The notes: generated from the sequence alone by a model not told the origin. DNA of 63,559 bases, filler included, from Salisapilia sapeloensis CBS 127946 (GCA_023334545.1; 14 parts of 14 records of this genome joined end to end with filler, not necessarily neighbours in it), one strand, 5' to 3'; positions 44,101 through 54,734 are shown, counted from the first letter of the whole stretch. Translations and numbers: made by a program.

Positions 44101-45009
44101 CAATGTATCGCAAGTGGGCTACGAACTGTCCAACGGAGTACAACGCAAAGAAGTAGTACAAAGCGAGTGAAGTCGCTGAACCTCGCACGATGGAGTGTGT
44201 ATTTTAAGATTATGCCATTCTAAGTATGTCTGTCGGTGAGCCAGACGAGCACTCGAGTCGTGAGATTTGTGAGTTGATTGTGCTCTACCACAATGCCAAG
44301 TTCTGCTCTGGTGATTCGTCGCAATGGAGTACCTTCCAAACGCTGGAGACGGAGGTCGAAGAGATGGTAGCGCGCCATGGTGCCCACATCTTGAATAATA
44401 TCAACCAGATGATCCTTTGGGGCGTACAGGTATCTCAAACTGCTCATCGACGTGCTCAATGGAATCGTGTTGACCGACGGCGCAGAGCCCGGGGATGTTC
44501 CATCTTTCATCCGGAAGATGGCAGCATTCCAAGATTTGCTTGGTGACCGCGACTTTGAAGTTTCAGGAAGTAAGGGCATGCACACATAATTTCGTTTAGT
44601 TGGCGGATGCTACTACAAGGTCACACATCTCAAGTCAGACGATTTGTACGTCGAAGGGAGTGCTACGAGCGACTTTTCCTCCGGCAGGTTCCAGCTTTGC
44701 CAGCCAGAGTGGCGCGAGAAGTTCAAATTGACGTACCCACCACGACTATACGAGTTGTACTCCCACTGGTACTCTGTGGATGAAGGCTGTGTCGTATTGC
44801 GTCCAAAGTCTGCCCTAGATCGCTCCATCGACTACGTCATCCAGTTTGGTATCAACGGAGAAAGTTTTTGCTACGAAGTGCCTCGTGCAGAGACGGACTG
44901 GTCGCTAGATAAGATCATGAAGAGGCTACAGGACTACGACGCATTGGTGCGCGATGAAAAGAATGTGTGCTGTGCGCTCAAAAAGTTTGAGTCGCGGGAG
45001 CTGATCCAC
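41122..45009 (+). pseudogene. Decayed N-terminal part of a giant protein (resembles DUF3638/DUF3645-type family)
   Basis: Eight track ORFs fall into two alternating frames with protein-like sequence continuing through the stops (41194, 41710, 42130, 42221, 43105, 43518, 43920, 44154, 44544). Frameshifts near 43250 and 44550-44640. Motifs HTGGQARDTCW and GSLRAFSNQQMRK. The pseudogene call is solid; the family call is tentative. Confidence 0.75.
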
Positions 45010-45109
45010 NNNNNNNNNNNNNNNNNNNNNNNNNNNNNNNNNNNNNNNNNNNNTTAATTAATTAANNNNNNNNNNNNNNNNNNNNNNNNNNNNNNNNNNN
45101 NNNNNNNNN
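45010..45109. other. Artificial contig spacer
   Basis: 44 N + TTAATTAATTAA + 44 N. Confidence 0.98.
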
Positions 45110-45238
45110 TGGCCGGAGTACACGACAGAAGATCCGCAAATGATCTTCTTCGATACCAACGTGACTGATTTGGCCTACACTGACTACGATGTGTACCGTG
45201 CTGAAGCCATCGACTACATCTTTGATACTCTGCACTAG
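45110..45238 (+). CDS. 3' end of a carboxylesterase/lipase-like gene (copy 1)
   Basis: WPEYTTEDPQMIFFDTNVTDLAYTDYDVYRAEAIDYIFDTLH* resembles the type-B carboxylesterase C-terminus (WPxY...DxF/YR). Confidence 0.5.
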   Translation, partial: WPEYTTEDPQMIFFDTNVTDLAYTDYDVYRAEAIDYIFDTLH

Positions 45239-45250
45239 ATATGTCGACTG
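45110..45250. repeat. 141-bp perfect inverted repeat, left arm (contig terminus)
   Basis: Exact reverse complement of 46089-46229. Confidence 0.95.
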
Positions 45251-46088
45251 ATGACTATAAATGTGTTAGAATAGAGTAACGAACCTCGCTGAGGAGGCTT
45301 TTTGAAGAAAAGAATATTTGGACTGTATGGAGCTTTTCTAAACAAGTAATTGCGGTGCAACAGGATCGTCGTCAATAAATAATTTATTGCTTTTAAGATG
45401 GAAATAACGAAAGCAAAAAATAGCATTATGTTAGACTCATTACACAACTCATTGGCGCTGAACCCTACGGAGGTTTAAAAACGTCGAGCTACCGTCGCGA
45501 TAAACCATTACGATTCGCGTACCGTTAGATTGAGAGATACTTCTATAGACGTCGAAGAAAACTTGATATCCATTGCTGTGGTAGTAGAAGTGGTAGTATC
45601 AAAGGTAGTAGATAGTGCCAATGGTAACTTAGACATAGGCTGGTATTAGTGTGTCATGTGGTAGAAAGCGCAAATGACAATAGTAGCTATGCTTGTAGTC
45701 TTGCATGGATGTTTTAAGTCTACAAGTACTACTGCGTATTTCTCACTCTAGCTACAAAATACTTGAAATTTGCGAATTACGATGAATAACCGGAATGAAA
45801 GCTAGATCAAGAAAACATATAAGTATAAAATAAATATATTGTGTGCCCTTCGCTAGCCTACACTTAATGCAAAGATTTTTTAAATCCATGATACAAAGGC
45901 TTTATTCTCAGCACGAGAAGCATCAACATATTTTACTTCATCTTCCGACTATATTGTTGTTGCTGTTGGTACTTGACCTACACGTCCAATTTGCGTAAAT
46001 TTTCTTTCATGAAAAATAAGCGCAACGTTATATTCGAATCTACCCTCAGCTCAGCTAATTGCTTCTCCAAGAATAACGTCCCACTCAC

Positions 46089-46229
46089 CAGTCGACATAT
46101 CTAGTGCAGAGTATCAAAGATGTAGTCGATGGCTTCAGCACGGTACACATCGTAGTCAGTGTAGGCCAAATCAGTCACGTTGGTATCGAAGAAGATCATT
46201 TGCGGATCTTCTGTCGTGTACTCCGGCCA
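46089..46229. repeat. 141-bp perfect inverted repeat, right arm (contig terminus)
   Basis: Exact reverse complement of 45110-45250. Confidence 0.95.
46101..46229 (-). CDS. 3' end of a carboxylesterase/lipase-like gene (copy 2, identical)
   Basis: Mirror of 45110-45238. Confidence 0.5.
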   Translation of the reverse strand, partial: WPEYTTEDPQMIFFDTNVTDLAYTDYDVYRAEAIDYIFDTLH

Positions 46230-46329
46230 NNNNNNNNNNNNNNNNNNNNNNNNNNNNNNNNNNNNNNNNNNNNTTAATTAATTAANNNNNNNNNNNNNNN
46301 NNNNNNNNNNNNNNNNNNNNNNNNNNNNN
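46230..46329. other. Artificial contig spacer
   Basis: 44 N + TTAATTAATTAA + 44 N. Confidence 0.98.
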
Positions 46330-46331
46330 AT

Positions 46332-47932
46332 TCGCTCGAGTTTGACGACCTTCCTCCGCACTTGCAGCATGCCTTCCTCTGGGATTGTGGACTAGTACCA
46401 AAGTACAGTGACCTCGACAGCCATTCTCAAGTGTACACGAGGTGTGGGAAAACCATGGCTTCTATCGCTGTATCGCTCGACGAATATAAATCTACTGGCT
46501 GTACGACTCGAGATTGTGATGATCCGAGTGGAAACGTCGATTTTGTCTACCGGACGTGGAATTGTTCTGAAGAGCAAATGATAACAAAAGTCCGATGTGC
46601 TGCCGAGAACGGTGTGGCTCACAAGCATTCCTCTATGTGGGCAACAGGTGGATCTGATAGTTCTATCATTATGCCAAACATGATGTACCATGCGTGGGAT
46701 CAAGATGGAAAAAGACAAGAAGTAAACGCCATTCATACAGTAATACCAGAGCATACGTGGGATTACTGTCCATCAGCAGACTATGAAAGCTCGATGATTA
46801 TCCCTTGCGTCCCTAAAAATTTAACGGACGATGGAGATGACTGGTGTATTCCCGAACCAGGTGATCTAGTTGAGGCGTGGCTTACAAGTGTTGCGGAAGA
46901 TAGGGACACGGATTCTGACCATGAAAGCGAAAGCACCAACGGAGATGACAAAGACGAATCTGGCGATAAGAAATCGCCTTTGTGGGCTTCAAGTAATGGA
47001 CCACCGCCTGAAGTCGGTGATGCTTTATTGGAGTTTTATGACGAGAGCTACGAATACACGGGTGAAAGATCTGAGTTCGAAAAGCAATACTTGCATCGAT
47101 ATATGAAAGGAGATTTTGTGGACAAGCTTGGCGTAGGAGAATACGATCTTCCAAAGCAAATCAGAGATCGACTTGATGAACAAAACGTCAAGTTTAGTGA
47201 TTTACACGGACTACTGCAGCGAGCTCTACTGTGGGATAGTGGCTATATCTTTACGATCGAAAATAAACTTGTGCGCGTCCAAACGGAAGGCGGAAAGCCC
47301 ATGTCCGAGATCGCAGTGCCTGTCACGTTTTTTGAAGGAGTCTGTAGTAGTCAGCAATGTTCGGACGCAAAAGCGACCACCAGTCGTCGATCAGAGATTT
47401 GCACTGGAAAGGATATGATGGAAGAAGCTGTATGCGCCATCGAAAGCATCCCTGCGGGAGATAGTGGGAAATCTATGTGGGCGGCTGGAGGTAACATTAA
47501 GGACATTCCAAATCCAGTTGCACAGCGTCATGAATGGGATGACAATGGTACGCAATATCTTGTCTTTGCCATTCATACGGTTCCAGCAAAGCATGAGCCT
47601 GTGTGGGGCGAGTGTGAAACTACTGCTGGTCATTATGCTGGTCCAGTTATTCCTTGTGTAGCGTTGAATGACGAGACAGATGCAGCTGAAGGCCTTGATA
47701 AGAGACGTAAGCTTCAAGGTAGCAATTGGAAAGACCCAAAACCTTCACGACTCGTGGATGCGTGGCTCAAGGATGCAGCCAATGGGTCTAGCAATTCTAC
47801 TATGTATTTGATCATAGGAATCGTAGCCGCTTGTGTGGTGCTCATTATTGTTGGAGCTGTGTGGAGGTGGAGATACAAGGCAAAGTATGGGACAAAAGAT
47901 GGAGTGGACGCCAATTTCGACGGTATACCAGA
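46332..47932 (+). CDS. Single-pass receptor-like protein with two tandem Cys-rich ectodomain units (partial; kinase may follow)
   Basis: Two homologous units (LQHAFLWDCG...GKTMASIAV and LQRALLWDSG...GKPMSEIAV), each ending IIPCV...W..P.P..LV.AWL. Then a TM helix MYLIIGIVAACVVLIIVGAVW and basic RWRYKAK. Open at both gaps. Confidence 0.8.
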
Positions 47933-48032
47933 NNNNNNNNNNNNNNNNNNNNNNNNNNNNNNNNNNNNNNNNNNNNTTAATTAATTAANNNNNNNNNNNN
48001 NNNNNNNNNNNNNNNNNNNNNNNNNNNNNNNN
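47933..48032. other. Artificial contig spacer
   Basis: 44 N + TTAATTAATTAA + 44 N. Confidence 0.98.
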
Positions 48033-48669
48033 CAATTGCGATACTCAATCGACGCTTCTGACCACCAGATAAACCTTTGTGGAAGAGATCACCCACGAGC
48101 GTGTGCTCGCAAGTAAGAAGTCCCATCTCTTCAATGACCGACTCCACACGGGTAACAATCTCCGAATGCGTGATGCGTCTAGGTAAGCTGATTTTGGCTG
48201 CCATCATTAGCGTCTCTTTGACGGTGAACGATCCAAGTAGTGATTCCTCTTGGGCAACATAGCTAGCTACAGCTCGGAACGTTTTCGAGTGACGAGGCCT
48301 TCCGTTCAGATCGATCTGACCGTCAAGCTCGCCCGTGCTAATGCGATCAGCCAAGATGTCCAGTAAAGTCGTTTTACCACCTCCAGAAGGTCCCAAGACG
48401 GCCGTCAAGGTACCAGCAGCACATCTTCCAGAGACATCGTGAAGAATGGTCTTTTTGCCCGTTGGATTCTCTGTTGTCTTCTTCATTTGCACTGTGTAGG
48501 TAATATTGGACCAGCTAAGCGCACACGGGGTGGTAACTGTTTCAGAAAGTATCTTCATTTCTGCGCCTAGGCTCCGATCATCACCCTGCATAACGTAGGG
48601 AACGATTGGAGACGAGCTCGTTGTCGAGGGCGGTTTATCGAAACTGTGACGAGAAGTCGGACTTTGCAT
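48033..48669 (-). CDS. ABCG/White-family ABC transporter, N-terminal NBD (3' truncated)
   Basis: LSWSNITY, Walker A GPSGGGKT, YVAQ Q-loop and signature LSGGQKRRLSIA; ATG 48669 assumed. Confidence 0.92.
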
Positions 48670-48945
48670 ACTATAGCCCAAAACAAGACTTTGCGAATGA
48701 TGGCAATGGTAAGGCGAACGAAATGCCCATAAAGTTTGCTCAGCTGAAGACATAAATAGACACAGGAGGGGGCGCATCCGCTCTGGAATTTAAATATCTA
48801 TTTACGGAACGTCCCTTGTATGAAAACGGAAAGAGTCACTGATGGGATGTGCTTGTCTTGCTGTCTGTTTTCTTATCTCCTGAAACGACCTGCCACCATT
48901 GTGTGTATGATCATTTCCAAAAAAGCTACCAACCCGAAACGAAAC

Positions 48946-49080
48946 ATGTGCATGAAAGTTGAATGCCCGGAGTGCAAGAAGCCGACCTGGAAAGGTTGCG
49001 GACAGCATATTGAATCCGCCCTACAAGGCGTCCCAGAGGCTAATCGATGCCCGGGCTGGAAGACTGGCAAACATGAATAG
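48946..49080 (+). CDS. 44-aa Cys/His-rich (putative Zn-binding) microprotein
   Basis: MCMKVECPECKKPTWKGCGQHIESALQGVPEANRCPGWKTGKHE*; Inr-like TCATTTCC at about 48910. Confidence 0.75.
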   Translation: MCMKVECPECKKPTWKGCGQHIESALQGVPEANRCPGWKTGKHE

Positions 49081-50452
49081 CTCTTTCAGATGAAGTACTG
49101 GGCTGAAGAATCCAAGTTATAGCAAAGCATAACAAAAATGAACATGGAGATTCTTTATTCTCTGAGCAGTCGAGTGTCGTTATTCCTTATTAGATTGGTC
49201 TATAGCCCTGTCTCACGGAATCCTCTATTATCCATGCATCATTTGCCATCGCAAAGAACGCATTTTGCTTCTTCACAACTCAGTGCCTCTGACACACCCC
49301 AGAAGTGGTACAAGCGTGCACTTGTGCATCTCTATGCGGCACACCGAGGCAGTATAGCGTACAATCTCTGCTAAGTTAGATCATGATGGCGAGAATCATC
49401 TCCACCGCTTAGTTACTTTTCATCTATATTTTGATTGCGATACAAGACGATGCTGTATTACGCCAAGCCATGGAGCGAAGCAAATATTCCGATGATATGC
49501 CTTTCCTTGCTTCACACAACACTGCATACCAACCTGACATCAAGTGGGGGCATGTGGTCTTTATGTATCTGTCAAAAATTCTATATTTAAACTCTGATTA
49601 GGCATTTCCAGCACTTCATAAGATAGCGTTTTGTCATGTATAGATGGCAAAGGCTAGAGTCGAATATCGCACATACTATCACATTATTCGGTGTGTATGT
49701 TTATATTGCCAGACTTGATAAGCTATAATAAATCACGAGCAAGTTCTTCCATGGAATTCGCCACAGTTGAGACAAAGTCGGCTAACTCCATTCTTACACA
49801 AGCATCTTAGAATATTACTAGGACGGATGATATGGCCATTAAGAGCTCTTCAAAAATAAATATCTATTCATTAGTCTCCAGAGAGAATAAACAATACAAC
49901 TATAGAACTATCGATGATCTCGAGATCGTGACTACACACGCTTGGCAATCTCGGACAGCAATCGAGCCTACGAGCACTCGGTGCACCTTGAACGGTCGTA
50001 GACATACTTTGATCCTTTTTGAGGTGAAGGAACGTCTTCTAGACACTCTAAACCAGTCCACTAGACACTTTTGAGCATTCTCTACTCATAGGTGCCAAAA
50101 TTGGGAGTTTGAAAAACAAGAGCTTGGTCGTCGACTCGATCTCGCTACTACTATCCTGACGTTCTAGGATGTTGTGTTGGCGGCTTGGCTCTTCCGAGAC
50201 ATACAAAAAGCTAGTCACTCAAGCCAACAGCGCTGACTGTAAGAAAAGTGTTGCGAACTCTGGACTCACTAGCTTTTTGTATGATCTCGAACAGTCGCGG
50301 ATCAAGCGAACACCAGAGTATGCCGACAACGAGGTAGCGATCTTGAGTCAACCACCAAAACCTTTGTTTTTCAAGATTCCAATTTTAGCATCTATGGATA
50401 GAACGCACTCCAAAGTGCCTAATAAGATGGTTTAGAGTCTCTACATGTCATC

Positions 50453-50552
50453 NNNNNNNNNNNNNNNNNNNNNNNNNNNNNNNNNNNNNNNNNNNNTTAA
50501 TTAATTAANNNNNNNNNNNNNNNNNNNNNNNNNNNNNNNNNNNNNNNNNNNN
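50453..50552. other. Artificial contig spacer
   Basis: 44 N + TTAATTAATTAA + 44 N. Confidence 0.98.
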
Positions 50553-50553
50553 G

Positions 50554-51042
50554 GGATACCAGAAGGATGAGTATCATCCTAAGGAGTACGACTACGGCTA
50601 CCAGGACTACAAGAAGTATGATTACTATCCCAAGGATTATGGCTACGGTTATGGTTACAAGGACTACAAGAGGGATGACTACTATCCCAAGAACTATGGC
50701 TATGACTACGGTTATGGCTATCAGGACTATAAGAAGGACGACTACTATCCTAAGGATTATGGCTACGGTTATGGCTACCAGGACTACAAGAAGGATGACT
50801 GCTATCCTAAGAGCTACGGTTATGGCTACAAAGACTACTACGGCGGTGGTTACAATCCCAAAGACCACGGTTATGGATACAAAAAGTATGACTATTATCC
50901 GAAGTACTACTACGATGGTGGCTACGGTAGTTATAGTAGCTACCCTGGCTACTACTACGATGACTTTAATGACTACGGAAAGAAGTACGCATACAAGGAC
51001 TACGGCTATGGCAAGAAGTACGACTATAGCTCGTACTACTAG
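50554..51042 (+). CDS. Tyr/Gly/Asp/Lys-rich tandem-repeat protein, C-terminal part (5' lost in gap)
   Basis: Frame absent from the ORF track: GYQKDEYHPKEYDYGYQDYKKYDYYPKDYGYGYGYKDYK...SSYY*. Repeat of about 19 aa (YQDYKKDDYYPKDYGYGYG) with nucleotide variation concentrated at third positions. Confidence 0.88.
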   Translation, partial: GYQKDEYHPKEYDYGYQDYKKYDYYPKDYGYGYGYKDYKRDDYYPKNYGYDYGYGYQDYKKDDYYPKDYGYGYGYQDYKKDDCYPKSYGYGYKDYYGGGYNPKDHGYGYKKYDYYPKYYYDGGYGSYSSYPGYYYDDFNDYGKKYAYKDYGYGKKYDYSSYY

Positions 51043-51176
51043 ATCTGTACATTTCAAGTAGCATTCGCCAGTTCAATGTAGCAAAAGGAGCAAGTAAGAG
51101 TCACAGGAATAGCAAACGCATTTCGTTAAAACACTCCCTCGCCTCATATCTTACTCATTGATACACGATTGTGTCG

Positions 51177-51612
51177 CTATGGATAGTCGGAATAGTCGAA
51201 CTGGAAAGACGGATCCATACCTATGTCAATGCAAAAGTCAGTATCTTTGGTGCGAGTAGCGTGCCTTAATAGACCCAACAGACGTACCAAAGTGAGGATA
51301 TGGAAACTGTGTCACATATACAAGGATCAAGAGCGACCTCGCGAAAACGACGCTACCTTGCGCTTCAAAGGTAAAGCCCAGCAGCTTGGCTGGACTAAAC
51401 CCAAACTTCCATTGAATGTACGCGGAGAATGCTACGAATGAAAGAAGCTCCAGTCCACCGTACAGGGCGATATTGTAGATAGAACTGTACAGCGTCTCTT
51501 CGGTTAAATGTCGAAAGTTGGCATGGTACTTGACGTTCGGCAAGTGAAACAGGGCCAGCATGTAAATGATATAAATGAAAGGCACCACAAACTCTACATA
51601 CTCTAGCGACGC
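51177..51612 (-). CDS. C-terminus of an oomycete multi-pass membrane protein of unknown function
   Basis: EYVEFVVPFIY...LFHLPNVKY...YGGLELLSF...KFGFSP...HFG|MDPSFQF. Intron 51221-51287; stop 51177-51179; open at the gap. Confidence 0.75.
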
Positions 51613-51614
51613 CA

Positions 51615-51714
51615 NNNNNNNNNNNNNNNNNNNNNNNNNNNNNNNNNNNNNNNNNNNNTTAATTAATTAANNNNNNNNNNNNNNNNNNNNNNNNNNNNNN
51701 NNNNNNNNNNNNNN
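51615..51714. other. Artificial contig spacer
   Basis: 44 N + TTAATTAATTAA + 44 N. Confidence 0.98.
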
Positions 51715-52127
51715 AGGCACTTGAGTAGTAGAAAGCAAAATTGCAACTGAATTGAAAATGTTAGGAAGCTAGACTATGTCCTATCTTGTCCTACCTTGTT
51801 GGTTGGCTGAGGTCGTCTAGCTGCAAATGCATACTGAAATCGAATGTCTTGAATTGCGTCATGGGTAGCGCACACTGACGTCATCGTCTGTGTTTCCATG
51901 GAATGTTCTCCGCCCTGTCTTTTGTGCTCCTTCAATGCCTGTCCTTCAAGCATTGCCGCATGTCTCTGTCGCTCATCCTGTGACACATGTCGTCGCACGA
52001 CTTTCTAACTTCTCCTGATAACGGCTTCAACATATTAGCCTCTGGCAATTGGAATGATGACGCGTGCATCATCACTTCCGCCTCACTTCGTATGTATATG
52101 TACGAGATCATCGGGAACAATTGTCAT

Positions 52128-52166
52128 TGTGTCCTTTGTAATGATTAGCCCATTACAAAGGACACA
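52128..52166. repeat. Perfect 16-bp hairpin with 7-nt loop
   Basis: TGTGTCCTTTGTAATG-attagcc-CATTACAAAGGACACA. Confidence 0.9.
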
Positions 52167-52389
52167 GATAGTGGAAGCAGGAATAAAGAGTAAGGACGGG
52201 TTACAAAAGGGTAACCAAGATGATAGGAAGTAAGAAAGAAGATAGAGAAACAGTCAATCTCAGTTCGGAATTTGCCCTCAAGACCTCAAGTGCTTGTGCA
52301 ACCAGTGTCGAGAAACTTCTTTCAAGTTTACCTGCAATTTCAGTCTATCGGACTGGTACTTTCGTGATATCAGGTCTGGTACTTGATAT

Positions 52390-53020
52390 TTCTGTCCGAA
52401 CGGCTCAGGGGGAGCTTATGGACGCTTCATATTTTGAGAGAGAGAGGGGGCGAGAGAGAGGAGCTACTGTACTGCGTGATACGTCCTCGCACCAGTTCGT
52501 ATCAGTACCGCAGAATCCACGAGAGGGGTGTTAGTAAACCTCGTGTCAGACGCTTTGTCCCCGGTCGAACCACCGGTTGGTTAGACCTGGTCCCTTGCTC
52601 ACTCCGAGCAGGGTAGACGCTTTGTCGGTCAAACCGCTGCTGGTTCAGCAGGCGTAAGAGCCTAGACCTTTGCCGCTGCTGGTCCTATTGTCAGAGAGGC
52701 CAGGGTGAAGTATTCGCTATCTGCTGAAAGCCACTATTTCAGGGTCATAATAAGTTTGGACTTGGTGCGTGTCTTTTCTTTTCAATTCAAAGAGGACTCC
52801 ACACCAGCAACCAAGGTCACCGTCTCGGTACACCCCCGCCGGTAATAGGTTACCAGCGAACTCGTGGTTGTTACCAGTTTGTACATTGGGCTGGTCAAAT
52901 CGAATCCACCGGGTTATACTCTCCAACGAGCGAGTCTACCGCTGTACCACACCCCCTAGTGGTACGGGTTGAAATTGTGAGCCCGCGTCACCACAACTAC
53001 CAGTTCGCACTCGTACACAA
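52390..53020. mobile_element. Possible LTR-like relic
   Basis: Non-coding GC-richer block with a GA tract, a 12-bp direct repeat AGACGCTTTGTC and G-run tracts on the minus strand, next to a chromodomain relic. Boundaries are uncertain. Confidence 0.25.
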
Positions 53021-53185
53021 CCCCCATCTCATTATGGAAAAGTTATTTTATTGGATTCCAGCGATTCTCTTTAGGGGATAGAAGTAGAAAGAAATAATCA
53101 ACGCTGGCCGACTCAGATACAAAACGTGAACTGAATTTTTCCATACCTCTCCCATCGTCATCTATCCTACATCTTCATCTTTAAC

Positions 53186-53531
53186 GTGACTGAAGCGCAA
53201 CTACGTATCTGTGTTCTTTGGCCTCAGCTGATTCACACTTCTGGCACCTTTGAAGTACACGGTAGCCGATCGAAGTTTTTTAGCGATGCGTCCTTGGAAG
53301 CATCGAAGAAGATAACCAATCTATTTTTTCCAAGGGATGGAATTAGGCCTGAATGGTATCTTGGATCACAATTACAACACTCAAACAGATCGATGGGAGT
53401 TGCTTGTCAAGTGGGTAGGACTAAAGCGAGGTGTCGCGCCCTGGAAGCCCTTACATTCCATATTCCGAGATGTGCCACAGATAATCAGAACTTACGCAAT
53501 AGCGTTTATGAACAGCCCTCGTGAGCTTTAA
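53186..53531 (+). mobile_element. Ty3/Gypsy chromovirus relic: integrase C-terminus + chromodomain, frameshifted
   Basis: FEVHGSRSKFFSD in one frame; ILDHNYN...WELLVKWVGL...WKPLHSIFRDVP (chromodomain) in the next frame. Confidence 0.72.
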
Positions 53532-54734
53532 GCCAAGCTTGGTGCTGCCTCGTCCGCGTGGATTGCTATGAGAGGCACTATCACGATCTTTGTGCATTCA
53601 TCGGCATCTAGCGTCGGAGAAGCGTGGCAGAAGAATCGAATTTGCGCGGTAAGCCCTTATGGCCAGTTATTAAAATCAGAAGCGCGCACGTGGAGCGGCA
53701 GACGCACTAGGATGGTCCTAGTCGCTCGAAGGTCTGTGCTCTGCAGAATAGAATTTAGCCAGACCAATGACACAATAATTGCTCTACGCCCAGGAAGCAA
53801 ACGCAAGACTACAAAATCTACCGACGATTTGACGCATCGGTCCTTTGGAAGGCTAAAACCATTTCTACAACACGCTTCACCAATTCATTACGATGCTTTA
53901 CTGTAATACACTCCACCCATTTCCAACAAGTGCGAATGTTTATTTTCTGGATGTGGACTAGTCCTATTTTGGCTATGATCGCCTATTCTTTCCGCTAATT
54001 TTAAACTCATTATGCTTATGAAATCAAATGCTACTCTATGGAACAGTAAGATTTTACTAAACTGTACAAACATTGAAGATGGATAAAAGCTAACTTGATC
54101 TACGCCGAAAGAATACGAAAACAGTCATAGAAATCACCATGCATGGAATTATTTCACTTATTTCACTTATTAATATTGCCATCCATTGCATTGGAATAAC
54201 TACTAAAAAGGTCCCGTGTGTGCGAATGCAATAGAGTATTGTATTCTGCAGGTCCTGTCCGTCATCTGGTATTTAAAATCTACAAAGCAACCACTTTGGA
54301 CCAAATGATACCCTGTCCGAGTGCTAAGATTGCGTCGTAACCACTAGACAATACCGACTTCTGGCCAATTGTCATTTAAAAAAGCAATCAGCCTCGTAGT
54401 TTCGATGCAAATTCCCACTCGCTGGCTCCTCATCGTAGACGACTGGCGATCACACGAGCTTCGACTCCTCGACAAATGTAATCTGAAGTAGCTGTAACGA
54501 TCGCTTAAAAGCACATGGCTTGAAGCGATTTGCAGCAGGAGTAGGTCAATTTTGTGAATGTGAATTCCTCTGATCGCTCGGCTGAGATCGAAAGCTGCCG
54601 AGGGAAAGCAGGCGCACGTACATTGCATATGGTTTAGCTCCTATGGCGTAAATGAAAGCTCACATTCACATTTTGCATGTACCGAGCAGGCCACGAGATT
54701 GCACACTTCGAACAGATCGACTGGAAGCTTCAGT

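Noticed and set aside
41122-45009. Stop-codon readthrough or an alternative genetic code
   Set aside because: All three stop types and frameshifts occur, and intact genes on other contigs use standard stops. Pseudogenisation is simpler.
50100-50435. Possible pseudogene of the oomycete multi-pass membrane family
   Set aside because: Only a faint resemblance across stop-ridden frames.
50560-50900. CRISPR-like or satellite array
   Set aside because: The repeats are contiguous, codon-phased and lack unique spacers, in a eukaryotic context.
50497-51061. Track ORFs 50497-51057(-) Val/Ile-rich and 50567-51061(+) Thr-rich
   Set aside because: They are shadow frames of the Tyr-rich repeat; third-position variation supports the frame starting at 50554.
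52128-52180. Helitron 3' terminus
   Set aside because: A hairpin is present, but there is no CTRR about 10-12 nt away on either strand and no Rep/helicase.
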